Shown here one piece after another: positions 1-13,469 of a DNA stretch of 56,025 nucleotides. The position numbers and the translations under genes were made by a program. How positions within the stretch are numbered: the stretch's first letter is position 1; every line of letters begins with the position of its first letter. The notes under the pieces are model-generated. The model did not search any database. It was not told where the DNA came from and was given only the letters and a program-made list of their open reading frames with translations. Origin of the DNA: Girardia tigrina (Eukaryota). The stretch lies in NCBI GenBank assembly GCA_001938485.1, contig MQRK01242779.1:1-56025 (forward strand), written 5' to 3'.

Positions 1-162
1 GATTTTATTAAAGAATTTATTGATTTATCGATAATTTATTTTTTTATGAAAGATATCAAACTGTTAAGCTACACATTTTGGCAAAATTTCATTAATATAT
101 TTAATACCATTCAAGAGATATAGCCAATTTTCACTTCGTCCGGTTATTTTTGAGCGCTACTG
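1..162. mobile_element. Right end (TIR) of a Tc1-like element inserted in a TA run
   Basis: Reverse complement reads CAGTAGCGCTCAAAAATAACCGGAC, Tc1-type; abuts (TA)n. Confidence 0.5.
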
Positions 163-529
163 TATATATATATATATATATATATNTGGTCATGAAACTT
201 GAAGTAAAAACATTTCTGTAGTTGCAGATGTGAAGAAATATGGCATGTTACACAGCAAAATTCATGAAAAAACAGTTACTGGAGAAGCTTTAAAACAATA
301 TTTAAAAGAAATTGAGGCAAGTTGTCTATAAGCAAACATAGCCGGCGACGAGCCCCGGCGTCGGTTGGGAGTTTCAGAGTGGTTAGAATTTTTGTCTCAC
401 CTGAGTGGGAGTTGGAACTTCAGATAATCAAAGAACCCACATCATGTTTTAAGATTGAGAGAAGGAAGTCTGAATGAAGTACTTTTATCGGCTGTCTCCA
501 AAAGTATACGGGGTCGGAGATCTGAAATA

Positions 530-840
530 GAGTCGAAGAAAATCATATTTTTCAACTGCTCGATGGACAATTTGTGGAAGTTGATACATCACTCTAAATG
601 CTTTGAGACGTTTAACTTTGAGAGCAAAGATTTTCTAATTGTAGTTCTTCTGTGTAATCCAAATTTGTGCAGCTCCCGAGGAACAGTTTTTCTGGAAACT
701 GGATTTTATAAGTGTTCATTGAGCTCTGCAACGATTTTAAGAGCTACAGTCTTACTATTTTCTTTAGCAATTCAATTTACACTCCGACGGTTTATCTCTG
801 AAAACTTCGACTTTCGACCAGGCCTGTGCTTTCCTGAATG
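530..840 (-). mobile_element. Tc1 transposase N-terminal remnant
   Basis: Minus strand reads RPGRKSKFSEINRR...KIVAELNEHL*NPVSRKTVPRELHKFGLH...KNMIFFD, with stops. Confidence 0.7.
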
Positions 841-1239
841 AATAATAATAATTAGTGTTTGTGAATAACAAATATTTAATAATTGATAACTCCACAAAAT
901 AAACAAATCTTAATCTATAATTAAATTTTTAATCCAATTTATCTTATTTGTCATTAATAATGTATCGTTGTTTTTACTACAATAATTTAAAACTAAATTT
1001 TAACTTCATAAACTCATTTTAATCATTATTAATTAAATACGAAAATTATCATTAGAAATCAAAAAATACTACTAGAACTTTATGTACATACTAGCGACAA
1101 ATTATTACTGTTGTTATGATACAGTATAAAAGATTGAAGTGGTGAATTTAGTGTTTATTGTATATTGATTTGAATTTTTGAAATATGTTGTTCTCTCACA
1201 TTTAATGTATTTATGGAGACAATAATTTTGAATAAAATT

Positions 1240-3710
1240 ATTTCTTTCTTTCTTGTTGACTTTAGACGTTGGATCGTGGGTGCACCCAATTATAAACAAG
1301 CCTTCGCCACATCTTTCTATTTGTAGTTTCTTTTCTCAGACATTCCATACTCAGTCCAGTTCATTCTTTTAAATCGTCCATCTATTGCCTCTTTGGTCTT
1401 CCTATTGGTCTTTCTCCTTCCACTCTTCCCTCAATCATAACCTTTGCTAGTGCTTCTTTTCTTATTTAATGACCGTAGAATTTCAGCTTCTTTCTCTTGA
1501 TGATCTTTTCTATTGATTCCGGTCTTTTACCTAGTATTTCTGTCACTCTTCTCCAAACAAAGTCATTCATCTTCTTTTCTTTCCACGTGATCTTCAGCAT
1601 TCTCCTATAGCACTTGATTTCAAACGCTTTAAGTGTATCCATACTCTTCTGATTTATTGTTCAACTCTCGCATTCATAGAGGAGTGTTGCCCAGACAATA
1701 GCCTTAATGATCTTTAATCTGCTCTTGAGAAGGATTTCTTTGAGATTAAAAACTGTTCTAAGTTTAATCATTGCACTTGTTGATATACCAATCCGGCTTC
1801 TGATTTCTTCTTCGCTTCCCCCATTCTATGTGATAGTAGAGCTTAAATATTTGAAACTCTTAACTTGTTCCAGCTTCTCCCCTTCAATGAAAATCTCCAG
1901 TTTAACCTCTCTATTATGGTTTCCTGAAACCATTACTTTACTTTTTTGTCTGTTGATTTCCATTCCAAATTTGTTTGATGCTTTGTGTAATCTATTCGTA
2001 AATTCCTGAATCTCTACCTCATCTTTGCCGATTAGGTCTATGACATCATCAAATCGTAGGTTAGTTATTCTTGTTCCTCCACAGCTTATTCCAACATCGT
2101 CTAGATCGTCTATTGCTTCCATAACAATTCTCTCAAGAAAAAGGTTGATCAGTGTTGGTGAAAGAATGCAACTTTATCTTACACCTACTGATGATTTAAA
2201 CCATTCACTAAATTGCTCACTTGTCAACACTTTTGTCTTTGCGTCTTCGTAAAGGCTCTTAATAATTTTCGTGATATATTTTCCTATGTTGTGTTTATTC
2301 ATTATGTGCCATAGTGCTTCGAGACACACCCTGTCAAAAGCTTTTTTGAAATCTATAAAGTTATGACAAATTATTCATTTGTGGTCTCTTTTTTTCATAC
2401 AAATCAGTCTTAAGTTGGTTATCAGCTCAGTAGTGCTGTGGTCTCTTCAGAAGCCTGCTTGCATCTCGCTAAGAACTTGCTCCACTTTCGGTGGGATTCT
2501 TATTTGTAACACTTTCAACATAACCTTTGATGCGTGACTGATCAAACTAATCGTTCTAAAGTCCCTGGACTTTTTACTATTTGCTTTCTTCGGTATTGGA
2601 ATGAGGATAGATTCAGTCCATTGTGAGGGCAAAATTCCACTTTTTTAAAATTTTCTTGCATAATGCATGGAGAATGGTCACTGTATTTTCGCCTTCATTC
2701 TGAATTAGTTCCGCGCTGATGTTGTCCATTCCTGGGCTTTTGCTACTCTTCAGACCTTTTATGACAGCCTCTTCTTCTGATCTTAAAATTTCGCATTCCT
2801 GATCTTCGTCACCGCCATTTGTTTCAACATCTTCAGAGATAATGCCAGGAGAATGCCATGTTGTCTTTCTTGACACCTTGCTTCTATGTAAGGTGTTTAC
2901 AGCAACCATCGTCTGTCTCTCTGGAAAGTCTAAGAGTATCATGCCCCTCTCAGTTGTGATGCCATGTCCAAATTTTCCGGCTGAGGACTGGTTAATGCCT
3001 TCCCCAATCTGTGCATTCTAATCGCCTAGAACAATGATAAGGTCTTTCTTTGGAGTCTTGGCAATGAGCGTCTCAAGATTTTCATATAATTCTTCAACGA
3101 CTTCCTCTTCGTAGTCAGTTGTTGGTGCGAAGACTTGGATGATAGTAGTGTTGAATGGTTTACTAGAAATTCTGATTGAAATTATTCTCTCGGATACTGA
3201 TGTGCATTCCATTACATTGGTTGCAGTACGCTTGTCCACTATGAATCCCACGCCGTGTTGTTTCCTATTTTCATGACCTTGTGTCCATTTTCTGTCGTGT
3301 ATTCTCCCGTGCTAGTCCATTTCATTTCTGATATGCCAACCCCATTTCATCTGACGGTATCTAGTTCTCTAGCCAATAGTTCTATTTTTCCACTTTGAAA
3401 CAAGGATCTCACATTCCAAGTGCCTAGAGCAAATTAAGTTCTCAATGTCATTTTGTCGCCAGTAGCAAACTTTTCGTTCCAACTCCTGTCGGTATCAAGA
3501 GACAACGCGGCCGTTGTTGACCCGGGCCGCGACCGATCCGGTATAAAAAGAATTGTGGCTTCGTTTTGCATATTTTTGGGTTTATCAATAGGCAGATAAC
3601 CTGGTGGCACCTATCTCCTCTCCAGGTATGGATGGCCGTTGGCTCGGATGAGCTAATCTGCCCTTTGCCAGGTTTTTTTTAATCCTGTTGGGTGTCCATA
3701 CACCCTCTCC
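1240..3710 (-). mobile_element. RTE-clade (BovB-like) LINE, both ends retained, internally deleted and degenerate
   Basis: AP endonuclease motifs GTWNVRSL, IIQVFAPT, LIIVLGD, TWHSP; RT motifs KSPGMDNISAEL, FRTISLISHASKVMLK, LRFDDVIDL, FKYLSS; (AAAG)-like 3' tail near 1240-1255; ATG at 3571; abrupt EN-to-RT junction near 2845. Confidence 0.9.
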
Positions 3711-3734
3711 AAAATTATTTAAGGACTAAATAAA

Positions 3735-5003
3735 TACTACCCAAATTCATATGTATTCGGACACGTAAAATAATCTTTACTAAAAATTTTAAATTTTAAA
3801 TAATAAATACTCACTATATTATAGATGAACTAACTTGATATTTTACTTGATACTAACTTGTTATTTTAATCTAAATACAATTCTAAAGTAATATGGAGGA
3901 ATCAAACAAAAAAGTTAAATAATAAAAATTTTATTCTAATACAAAATTGTGTTATCTAATTCAAAAGAATTCGTACACATATTAATTAAAATCTTGTAAC
4001 ATCACCCTTTACTTTTATGATTTCTTCTATTCTTCTATTAATAGAATTTTATAAATCCTGATATTTATCAATGGGTAAACTATTCCATAGTGCTAAAATT
4101 TTATTCTTCAAAACAATTTTATTTTTAGGGCATTTTTTCGTAAATTCTTTTTTATAATTGTCCAAACATTCTCTTTAGGAATTAAATATGAGCTTCCTGA
4201 GAATCATTTTCAGAGGGAAATATTATTTAGCCTAGTTTTTGTAAACTTAGATTTATGACACGATGCTTGAAAAATTTTGTTGAAAAATTAAATCTTCATT
4301 GTCAAAATATTGTGTAATGCGAATTTTTTTTATGTGAACAAAATTTTTGTAGTGGATTAAATAACATTGTTTAACCGAAATGATAAGTGCGCGTGATTCA
4401 AGTTTGGTTATATTTTGGTGAGATAAAAATATTCTTCTTCAGACTTTTCATAACAACTTTTTTATTTAACTTCTTTATTTGATTTCTTCGAATTATTTTA
4501 TTCTTTTTATTAACTTACTTTAAAAATTAAAACTTGATTCCATGGAATTTATAAACCTGTTTTACTCAATCAATTTTCTTCAAACTTTGCACACTTACTC
4601 ATTCTCGAGGACAATAAATGATTATGTAAAAAATTTGATCGAACAAAACTTTTAAGATACCAAAATGAGAAAAAAACGGAAAATTCGGAGTTCCCGAACA
4701 ATATTAATTGCAAGATGTCTATTTATAAATTATAAGTAGTTTAAATTACTTTTAATGTTTTTTAATTTAAAATTTTTAAAATCTTAAATTTTTAAATTTT
4801 AAAAACTTTGTTTGCAAAGTAGAGTTCTGTCTGCATAAAGAATGGATATAAAAATTTTAATTTTTTGATTTACTAATTTTAGAATTGTATTTATATTATC
4901 GTAAATATCAAACTAGTTAATTTATGATATAATAAGTATTTATAATTTAATTTTTTTATAAAAATTATTTTACGTGTCCGAATACATATGAATTTTGGTA
5001 GTA
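3735..5003 (-). mobile_element. Degenerate Tc1 element with intact TIRs
   Basis: ~40-bp TIRs TACTACC(C/A)AAATTCATATGTATTCGGACACGTAAAATAAT at 3735 and inverted at ~4964-5003; interior minus strand reads LIFQQ...CHKSK...KENVWTIIKKNL...LWNSL...RRIEEIIKVKG. Confidence 0.8.
4494..4880 (+). mobile_element. HINE/DINE-like repeat family B, copy 1 (nested in Tc1)
   Basis: Shares ~350 bp with 22712-23105 and inverted 43080-43500; T-rich start, imperfect subterminal inverted repeat, ends gatttacta(g/a). Confidence 0.7.
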
Positions 5004-5461
5004 TACTATAAATACATGTATTTGTTTTAATATTTATTGTATCGAGCGGATAAATTAGAGTGGTCATATTTTATGGTATTTAAATAAATTTTGAAGAAGA
5101 GTTTGACGTTTTTTATAAGTAAACTGAAACGTGTTGAGTTATTAACAGAACGAAAAAAATTGTTTAAATGTGCATGAATACATATCAAAGATCATTACAC
5201 CATGAATTATTGAAAGGTTTCTGTCGCTACTACACTTCTAGAACGTATTCTTTTCAAATCCTATCAACTGTTCTTATTTAAAAATTCTGTTTAATTTTTT
5301 GAACCAAGTTTCCTAATTCGATCGTACAAAATTATTTTACTATATTTGACTTCTTTGATATAACCCGCATGCGAAATCAGAAATATTTATCTGAGAGTAA
5401 TTTTATTCAATCAAATCTATACAAACTTGAAATTTATTTTCTCTTATTTTTTGTGCACATA

Positions 5462-5643
5462 CCGTGTTTCTTCAAATATAAGACACTGTCTTATATTAAT
5501 TTTAATGGAAAAATTACCACTAGGTCATATACTAGCATATTTTCGAAATTAGAAATCTTCGAGTTTTGAATTTTATAGAAATTAGAGCCTCTAATTTTGG
5601 ACTAGGTCTTATACGGGGATGTCTTATATTGGGAGAAACATGG
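5462..5643. mobile_element. pogo/Tc2-type MITE
   Basis: TA|CCGTGTTTCTTCAAATATAAGAC ... GTCTTATATTGGGAGAAACATGG|TA. Confidence 0.75.
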
Positions 5644-5916
5644 TAAGAAAGAAATGTTCTAGAGAGACTAACACTTCGATTATGCCAGTCACTTCAAAAC
5701 TTTTAATGGCACCATATAGTTTCAGTTTAAAATATTTGGTTGTTGACATGCTTCATTAATCTATTATGTCTAGTTAATTATTCTATATCTTTTTACGATG
5801 CATTTTATATAACTTATAGTAATAAAAGTATCTTTACTTAAAATGTATTGAAATATTAAAGTATTTTGAAGTATTATTTTTGTAAATAGGAATACTATTT
5901 ATTTTTTATCTGTTAG

Positions 5917-6008
5917 GTAAGAATACGACTTATAGAAGAAACGGAACCAAAAGTCGACACATCTACAGCAATGTGCGGTACCCTCGAATCCGTCCGAGCT
6001 CTCGATCA
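5917..6008 (+). CDS. Host gene exon (VRIRLIEETEPKVDTSTAMCGTLESVRALD)
   Basis: tgttag| acceptor and |gtaagt donor; GC-richer than flanks; phase-2 end fits the exon at 10556. Confidence 0.65.
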
Positions 6009-9000
6009 GTAAGTAATATTTTCATTTTAAACTTCAAGCTCATCTACTGTAAGCGACATTGTTTTCCTTAGATATTTTGGTATTACATATTCTTGATATT
6101 TTGACTATGCAAATTTTAGTTACTGGTAATTTTTAATTTTTTAATATTTTTTTTAATTCATAAACATATACCACAAATAATGTTTTTTGATGTTTTCTAA
6201 AACTCAAATATTTTTTGGACGAAATACACCTAATAAGGAAATTTAAGTATGGGAAAAATTTTCTTTTTATTGTATAAAAATACGTAAATTATGTACCTTT
6301 ATATTGTGTGTTGGAACGTGTTCGCATATGTAAATTTGTTTGAATAATCAAGTTTGAGAACGAATTTTGAATCTTTTTTTGTACTGAATTAAAGTTTCAT
6401 TCTAGACCTTTTGGATTGTGCGGTTTTAAATATAGCAAAAGTATAAAGACGCTGAAGATTTTGATATCAAGAGTGTGCAGTCTCAACCACAAGGAAAAGC
6501 GAGTGATATTACCTCTGGCATTATCGAGAGAAATGTCGAACGAAATAATTCATAGTCGGAAGAAATAGTTCAAATGATGGAAGAATCTGTGTCATGTTTG
6601 TGGTTTAGGGCGACCCTGCGATCGAATGCAATGATAAGCGAATTTCGAGCCGTGTTCTAGTAATACCGGAAGTTGTTGGACTAAAGACTGAGGTGCTCTT
6701 GATTTTGACGCAATCAGTCAGGTCAGGGCAGTGTGGGCACCAGGAGCTGATTGCATCCGAAAGTTTCCACTAATAGATTATCTTTAGAGAAGCCTTGCAG
6801 GACTGTAGGATACGCGTCGGCCGAGTAGCTTGAAAATAAAATGATCCAGGAATCCATGAAGTTGAAGAATAACGGGGGGTTTATTCCGTTCAAGGACGAG
6901 CCANNNNNNNNNNNGGTAGTGCAAACGGCAAAAGGGAAGGTAAGACTGGTACTAGACTTTCAGGCCTAAAATGAATTATTGTCCAGTCACACCGTTGAGA
7001 GCCTAGTTTGCGTAGAAAAGCTTCGCTAGTTTCGAAGGATGGGCAAGTTGCTTGAAATAATCGACTGGCGGTGGTTCTACCTGCAAATCAAGACGACTTC
7101 ATAGTCAACAGCAGCAAGGTGTCAAGGAAGATTTAGTCTCAAAATATAGCCTCCGGCCATGAGAGTACTCAGACTTGTCGTGTGTGAGATTCGTGTTGAA
7201 CTACAATGATGTCGAGATTGCAAGATATCGGAGTTGCCAGCTCATCAGACGCGATGAAAGCTATTCTTGTGGATCTATTAAGCTTGTTGGTCATTTCCCA
7301 ATCGACAGCTTTCTGATGAGAATGAACAGTTAGTGGTGGAGGTAGTAGAGAAAATTGCAAAGCGTCTCATAAATGAGGATCCAGTGAACGGCAAACGGGA
7401 AGTGACAGATTTCAGTCACTGTCAAGTGTGGTGCAAAGCAAGTTCAATCTTATCGATATCCCTGTAGAGCACCTTGTGTTTGTGCAAGGATGATGACGCT
7501 TCTCATATCAACCTAATAGAGCTCGAAGCTACAAATGAGGCTATTAAGGCAGCTGTTGCATATGACTTGAGCCAATTCGAACTAATGACAGACTACATCA
7601 CCATTTTCCTGTGGTTAACAAACGCTATGACGAGCGATGGCTATGTCAAATCCAGGGAAATGAGCTAGCTGCTTGTTAAATGGAGCGTCAACAATTACTA
7701 ATCAGAAAATTGAGGAAAAGAAGCTGCAAAAGAAACTGAGACTGGTCGGTTTGAAGGAGAACAAGTCAGATTACCTCCCTTGAGCTTCCATTTATTAGTT
7801 AACTATAAGGTTACGGTAACAGTTCAAAGGAAGGAAGAGCCTCTTGAAAACTTATAATACCTTCACCATTTCGGAGTTAGAAGGATGATGTTTCTGGGTA
7901 GAAGACTGTGTGATATGGGACGAGTGACCAAGAAATATGTTGAATCGGTGGGGAAGGGATGTTCTCACTGTGAATTCATACACCCAGAATTATTTTTGAT
8001 CCATCGATTTCGATTTCAATAACAGAAAAGAATTCTGCAAATTATTACAAAATCAATTATGATGTTTAAAAGTTACATGTGTGACAGTCATATTTAGGCA
8101 TTTAAATGCACTAAATTTAAGCATTCAAGGTAAACATGAAAATATTTTGACTTCTAAAGATAAAATTAAAACTTTTCAAGCTAAAATCAAATTATGAAAC
8201 GAAAAAATAAGAGAAGGTAACATAAGTGTGTTCGTAAAAGTGGCGGGAAGTAAAACTTTTTTCTCACTATTTTCCAGAAAATTTAGTCCAAATATGTCTG
8301 TCAAATATGAATCTTTTAAACACCATAATTAATTTTGTAATAATTTGCAGAACTCTTTTCTGTTTATTGGTGAAAAAATTCCTCAATTTCTTTCTTTAAT
8401 TCGAAGAAGCGATTCAAGACGTAACCTTTATAAAGCCATCATATTTTCGTATCAAAAATTTAGCTTTTATGTTGACTTCCCATTTCTTCACATAGTTTTT
8501 CAAAAGTTCTTGATTTAAGTGACCTGCTTTTAATATAAGTAACCATTTTAATTACTTCATCCAAAACTTGTTTGAGTTTCGATCACTGTTTTTGCTATTA
8601 GAGCTTCGTGATGTATAAAGCAATGAGTCAGTTTGATATTTTAATTTTGTCTTTTAATATACGATATAAATCCTTTGAGGCAACCTACCATGCAAGATGC
8701 TCCATCAGTACATATGCCGACACACAATACCAACGATAATCCACCAGATATAAAATATGTATCCATTATGTCAAAAACATCTTTTCCTGTAGTAGTATGT
8801 AATCCTTTTGTTGAATCTACTTATAATTTGAATTTTTCGGAAGAAGAGGAATTATTAAGGATTCGAAAGGATCGTTCACTTCGACTGAAACATTCCGAAA
8901 TTTCTATTGATTCGTTTTGGGTAGAAATTCGAAAAAAATATTTAAATATAGGGGAAAGAGCTTGTAAAATTCTATTACAATTTTCTACCTCATATTTATG

Positions 9001-12000
9001 TGAAGCAGAATTTTCTGCTCTCATAAGCATAGAAACAAAAAATGAGCAAGACTCAATTCTGTTGAAAATGAATTGAGAATATCAGTCTTAAATATTCAAC
9101 CTGACATTGACACATTATTTGCAAATCACAAAGGTCAAATGTTTCATTAGTAATTTTTAATAATAAAAAATTATCTTGTTAATGTTCATTAGAAATAAAT
9201 AAATGTACTTGTATGTGATTCTTAGATATATGCATGCATTTTGCAATAAAAATATGGAATGTGATTAAAATGTTCGTTTCTAATAAAAACTTAATTTTAA
9301 AGAAATTTTTAAATTGCATATTGGGGTGCCGCCACCTGAAAACGGTTAAGAAAAACTTATTTAAATAGTAACAAAATTTTTTTAAAAATATTAAAGCTTA
9401 ATTTTATTTAATTTTCTTTATTTGGTTTAAAGATATTTAATATTGATGATGTTTTAACTTAACTTAACTTTTCTCATTTTAGATGTTTATCAATTGGTTT
9501 TAGTGTCTTATTAGCACTGATTCACCATAAACCTCTCATTGAGAATCAAAATTCATCTTTTGAAATTGACGAAGTTCTATTTTTGGAACATCGTAATACT
9601 TAACCTTGGAACAATGTGCTTGAGGATTTTGGGAAACTCTTTCAAATTTTTGAATTAAACTAAACATTTAAAATTAATATTAAAATAAAAAAGTAAAAAA
9701 TGAAGATTTATTGTAAAATAAGTAGACGATAAAAAGTGGTATCAAGTTACAATATTAATAATATTTAAAAAGAAATGTTTTAGATCAAATTTAAAGTATT
9801 GAAATTTGTAAATTAAATAAATTTAAAAAATGAATTAAATTTAAAGTAATAAAATTATTAAATTGAATAGTTTTAAAAATGAATTAAAAATAAGACATTA
9901 AGAATAGTTAAACAGAATTTAATAAACTTTTATAAAGTAAATACAATGGGAAGAAAAATAAATATCATAATAAATATTAAAAATTAACGAAGTTTAATAA
10001 AATTTTCATTCAAAAGAAATTGCAATATTTAAAAAATAAATTGAAAATTAATTTATATAATATTTAAAAACAGTTTATTTTTATTTGAATAGTTTTCAAA
10101 TTAAAAAGTTTTATAAAATTAAATACAATACAAAATTTCGAAAATAATAAATTTACATATATTTATATTTACAATTTATTTTGATATTATTGGTTTGTGC
10201 AAGAAAAATGAAAAATCGTTTCTCTGAAATTTACTTTGGCAAAACTTGTTTAAATAATATGTACTATTGTTGTTATTAAATAAAAGTTTCAAAAAATGTC
10301 TTTATCTGAATTCTCATCAGAATGTATTCTCGAACTTAACAATGTGTATATGGGTTTCAATTAATATGTGACACAATAAAGACATATTTTTCATCCAAAT
10401 TCAAATTCTCTACATTTCTTATATAGATTTTTTACACTTTACTGACTCGCTTTTTATGCTCTGATTTCTTGTACAATGGAACTATATATGTTTACTTTGT
10501 AATTGTATAGAAACTGCAATAAGTTATTAAACTGATAAATTACTAATGATTTCAGTCATCATCAGCGACGCTATCCAAATTTTTTAGACACCTTTAAGTT
10601 AATGGTAAGAAAGTTATAAATGTAACTGATTGAAAGACGGAAAATAGTTTTAATTGTGTAGGGCAAACTTAAATATGTTTATCGAACAATTTAATACTCA
10701 GATCTTCATATATTGATTAGAAAATTGCTAAAAATGACATTATATATGTTAGATGTTTTTAAACATCTTCCACGTTGTCAATATTAAAAGACGACATCAG
10801 TTTTTAAGTTTTATTTATCTAAAAAATGTCTAATCCTTTTTATTTAAACAAATTTAATCGAAATTAAATTAATTTATTTTTTTTAATTTTGAGGAACTAT
10901 TAATTTCCAAAATCTCATACTGGTGTAATAAAAATAAATATAGTATTAATAATCTATATTACTTTTTTTTAATTTCTGACAATTAAATAATCTCACCTAC
11001 TTTAATTAAATTTACGAAATTTTGTCATAGTTAACATAACTTTATTTAGTTCTTGATTTTTTTAAAATTAAAAAAAAAAGACTTTGAATTCAATTATTAT
11101 TTCAAAAATTCTAAAAATATTTCCTAAAATATTCCTAACAATATACATGCTGATTCAAATAAGACAAAACATTAAGCTTTATAAAAATAAATCATTATGT
11201 TCTTTCAAGCACCTTTGAAAACTACAAACGGAAATTGTATTTAATCATTGTTAACTAAATCTTTGTTCTTCAGACTTCTTCCATAATACTTTTGATATTG
11301 AGACATTTTGATGATATATTGATATAATATATTGTTGCTTCGGAATACAGATTCACAAAACCCCATTACGAATGGTAAATAGCTTTCTGTTGGTACTAGA
11401 TAGAAATTATTTATTTAATTGTACCAAAAATGCATCGAACCCCTTGAAATATTTAATCATCAATATTATTTTTTAATCGAACATCCAGTCTCAAAACTTC
11501 ACTTCGGTTCGAAAAATGATAAATGCATATATTATAAAGGGTTTCTGAATAGTAATGATTATGATTTTTCTTTATACAATAAAAAAAAATACTTTTTACT
11601 TGCAATTTAATAAAACTTTGAATTTTTTTTATAAAAAATTCACAATAATCAACCTATAATAGGGGATACAATCAAGGATGCTGGATCATTTTTCCATTGT
11701 TGGTGGTGGAAGAGATCCAGATGGATTTGTTAGAAGAGTATATTTTTGATTTTTCATCATGAGATTATTAATAAAAGAAATTTTAATATTTCAGAAGAGA
11801 GATGAAGATTGTTTAAAATGTATGTTACGAATTCCACACAAAAAATGTGAATCGGTGAGTGGATTAAAATAAGTAATAATTATTTAAAAAAATATACAAT
11901 CGTCTCTCGCTAATCCGTGAATTATGGGATCGAAAAAATGTTTTTTAGGTACATTATCGAAATTGACCGGATTAAAGAATGTTGAAAAATATTTTTAAAA

Positions 12001-13346
12001 AAATAAAAAGTCCGAAAGAAAAGATCTGTTACTTATAATAATCTGCCCGAAACAAATTTTTTTCGGTCCCATAATACAAGGATTAACGAAAGTCAAGTGC
12101 ACTCTGAAAATTACAATTTAAATAAAATTCATAAATAAATATTTTAAAAAATAAATTATATTTTATAAAACTTTTATTTGTTTAAGTAATAAAGTTTAAC
12201 AACAAAAGTTAACATTGAAAACTCTGAATTTTGCATTATTTAAACTCAGTTTCTAAACATTTTCTGGAATTTATTTTAAAGTACAATTAATATAAATAAT
12301 AATAAAACAAAAATTAGATATTCTGACACTTCATGAAACGTAAATATCAAATATCAAACTTAATATAATCATTTAAACTTGTTAGATCATTAAAGCTTGT
12401 TAAATTACTTCCTTTTTAAATAACAGATAATTTATTTAATTTTTAAATGATATAATCAAAATATTGAAAAAATATAATTAATAAATTATTCATAATTTTA
12501 ATAAACATTGTTTTGAAAAATAAGTTAAAGAGGAATTATCATAATTTTATTTAATTAGCATAAGTACATTCGAGTTGGAGGAGGATACCGTCACAGCTAT
12601 TACTATGTCAGGATGTTGTTGGAAAGAATCGAGTTGAACAGACAAAGAGAGGAAATGTTGCGGCGTCGACTTGAAGCTATTTCTGAAGGAAGTAAGTAAT
12701 TTTAATTTATGAGAACCTTTTTATTTAGTTTTAAATGTTTTTGTAATTTCTATTAATTGAAGAGGAGAGATAAATATTGAATATGAAAAATTTTTTGTGT
12801 ACTGTGAATATAATGTCAAACATTCAAATCTAAATTTAAAATAATTTAAAGATGTTTTCATTATCTTGTTGCGGCTAAAGTCAATTATTGGCATATTTTT
12901 AGTTTGCCATATGAAATATAATTTATTTTTTATTACTTGATCTTGATTTTATAAATTTTAGTCCTTTTTTAATCTCACAAAAATACTAGATTAAATGCTA
13001 TTGCTTATTTACTTGAGAGGTCATTATGTCATTCGTGTCTTAGGTTAAAATGCTTAAATATGATTGGATGAAACACTTTGCACGTTTAAACTAGCTTTAA
13101 AAACTTAATTAAAAATTTTCCATAAACGCCTTTGTAATGTACGCAATTGTCGCTTACAAACTTGTCATATATTCAAATATATTTACGCACTTGTCTGATA
13201 ACCGTTTTATTATAATAAAAAATTAATTTTAATAATATAGTAATTTAAATATATTCGACACTACATCTACAAATGTATCCAGGAAAAAACTTGTCTTTTC
13301 AAGATTGGATTTTAATAAATATTACAGTTTTATTGAAAAAGTTTGA

Positions 13347-13381
<35 letters not shown>

Positions 13382-13431
13382 NNNNNNNNNNNNNNNNNNN
13401 NNNNNNNNNNNNNNNNNNNNNNNNNNNNNNN

Positions 13432-13469
<38 letters not shown>

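Noticed and set aside
455-841. 128-aa plus-strand ORF
   Set aside because: Antisense shadow of a Tc1 remnant.
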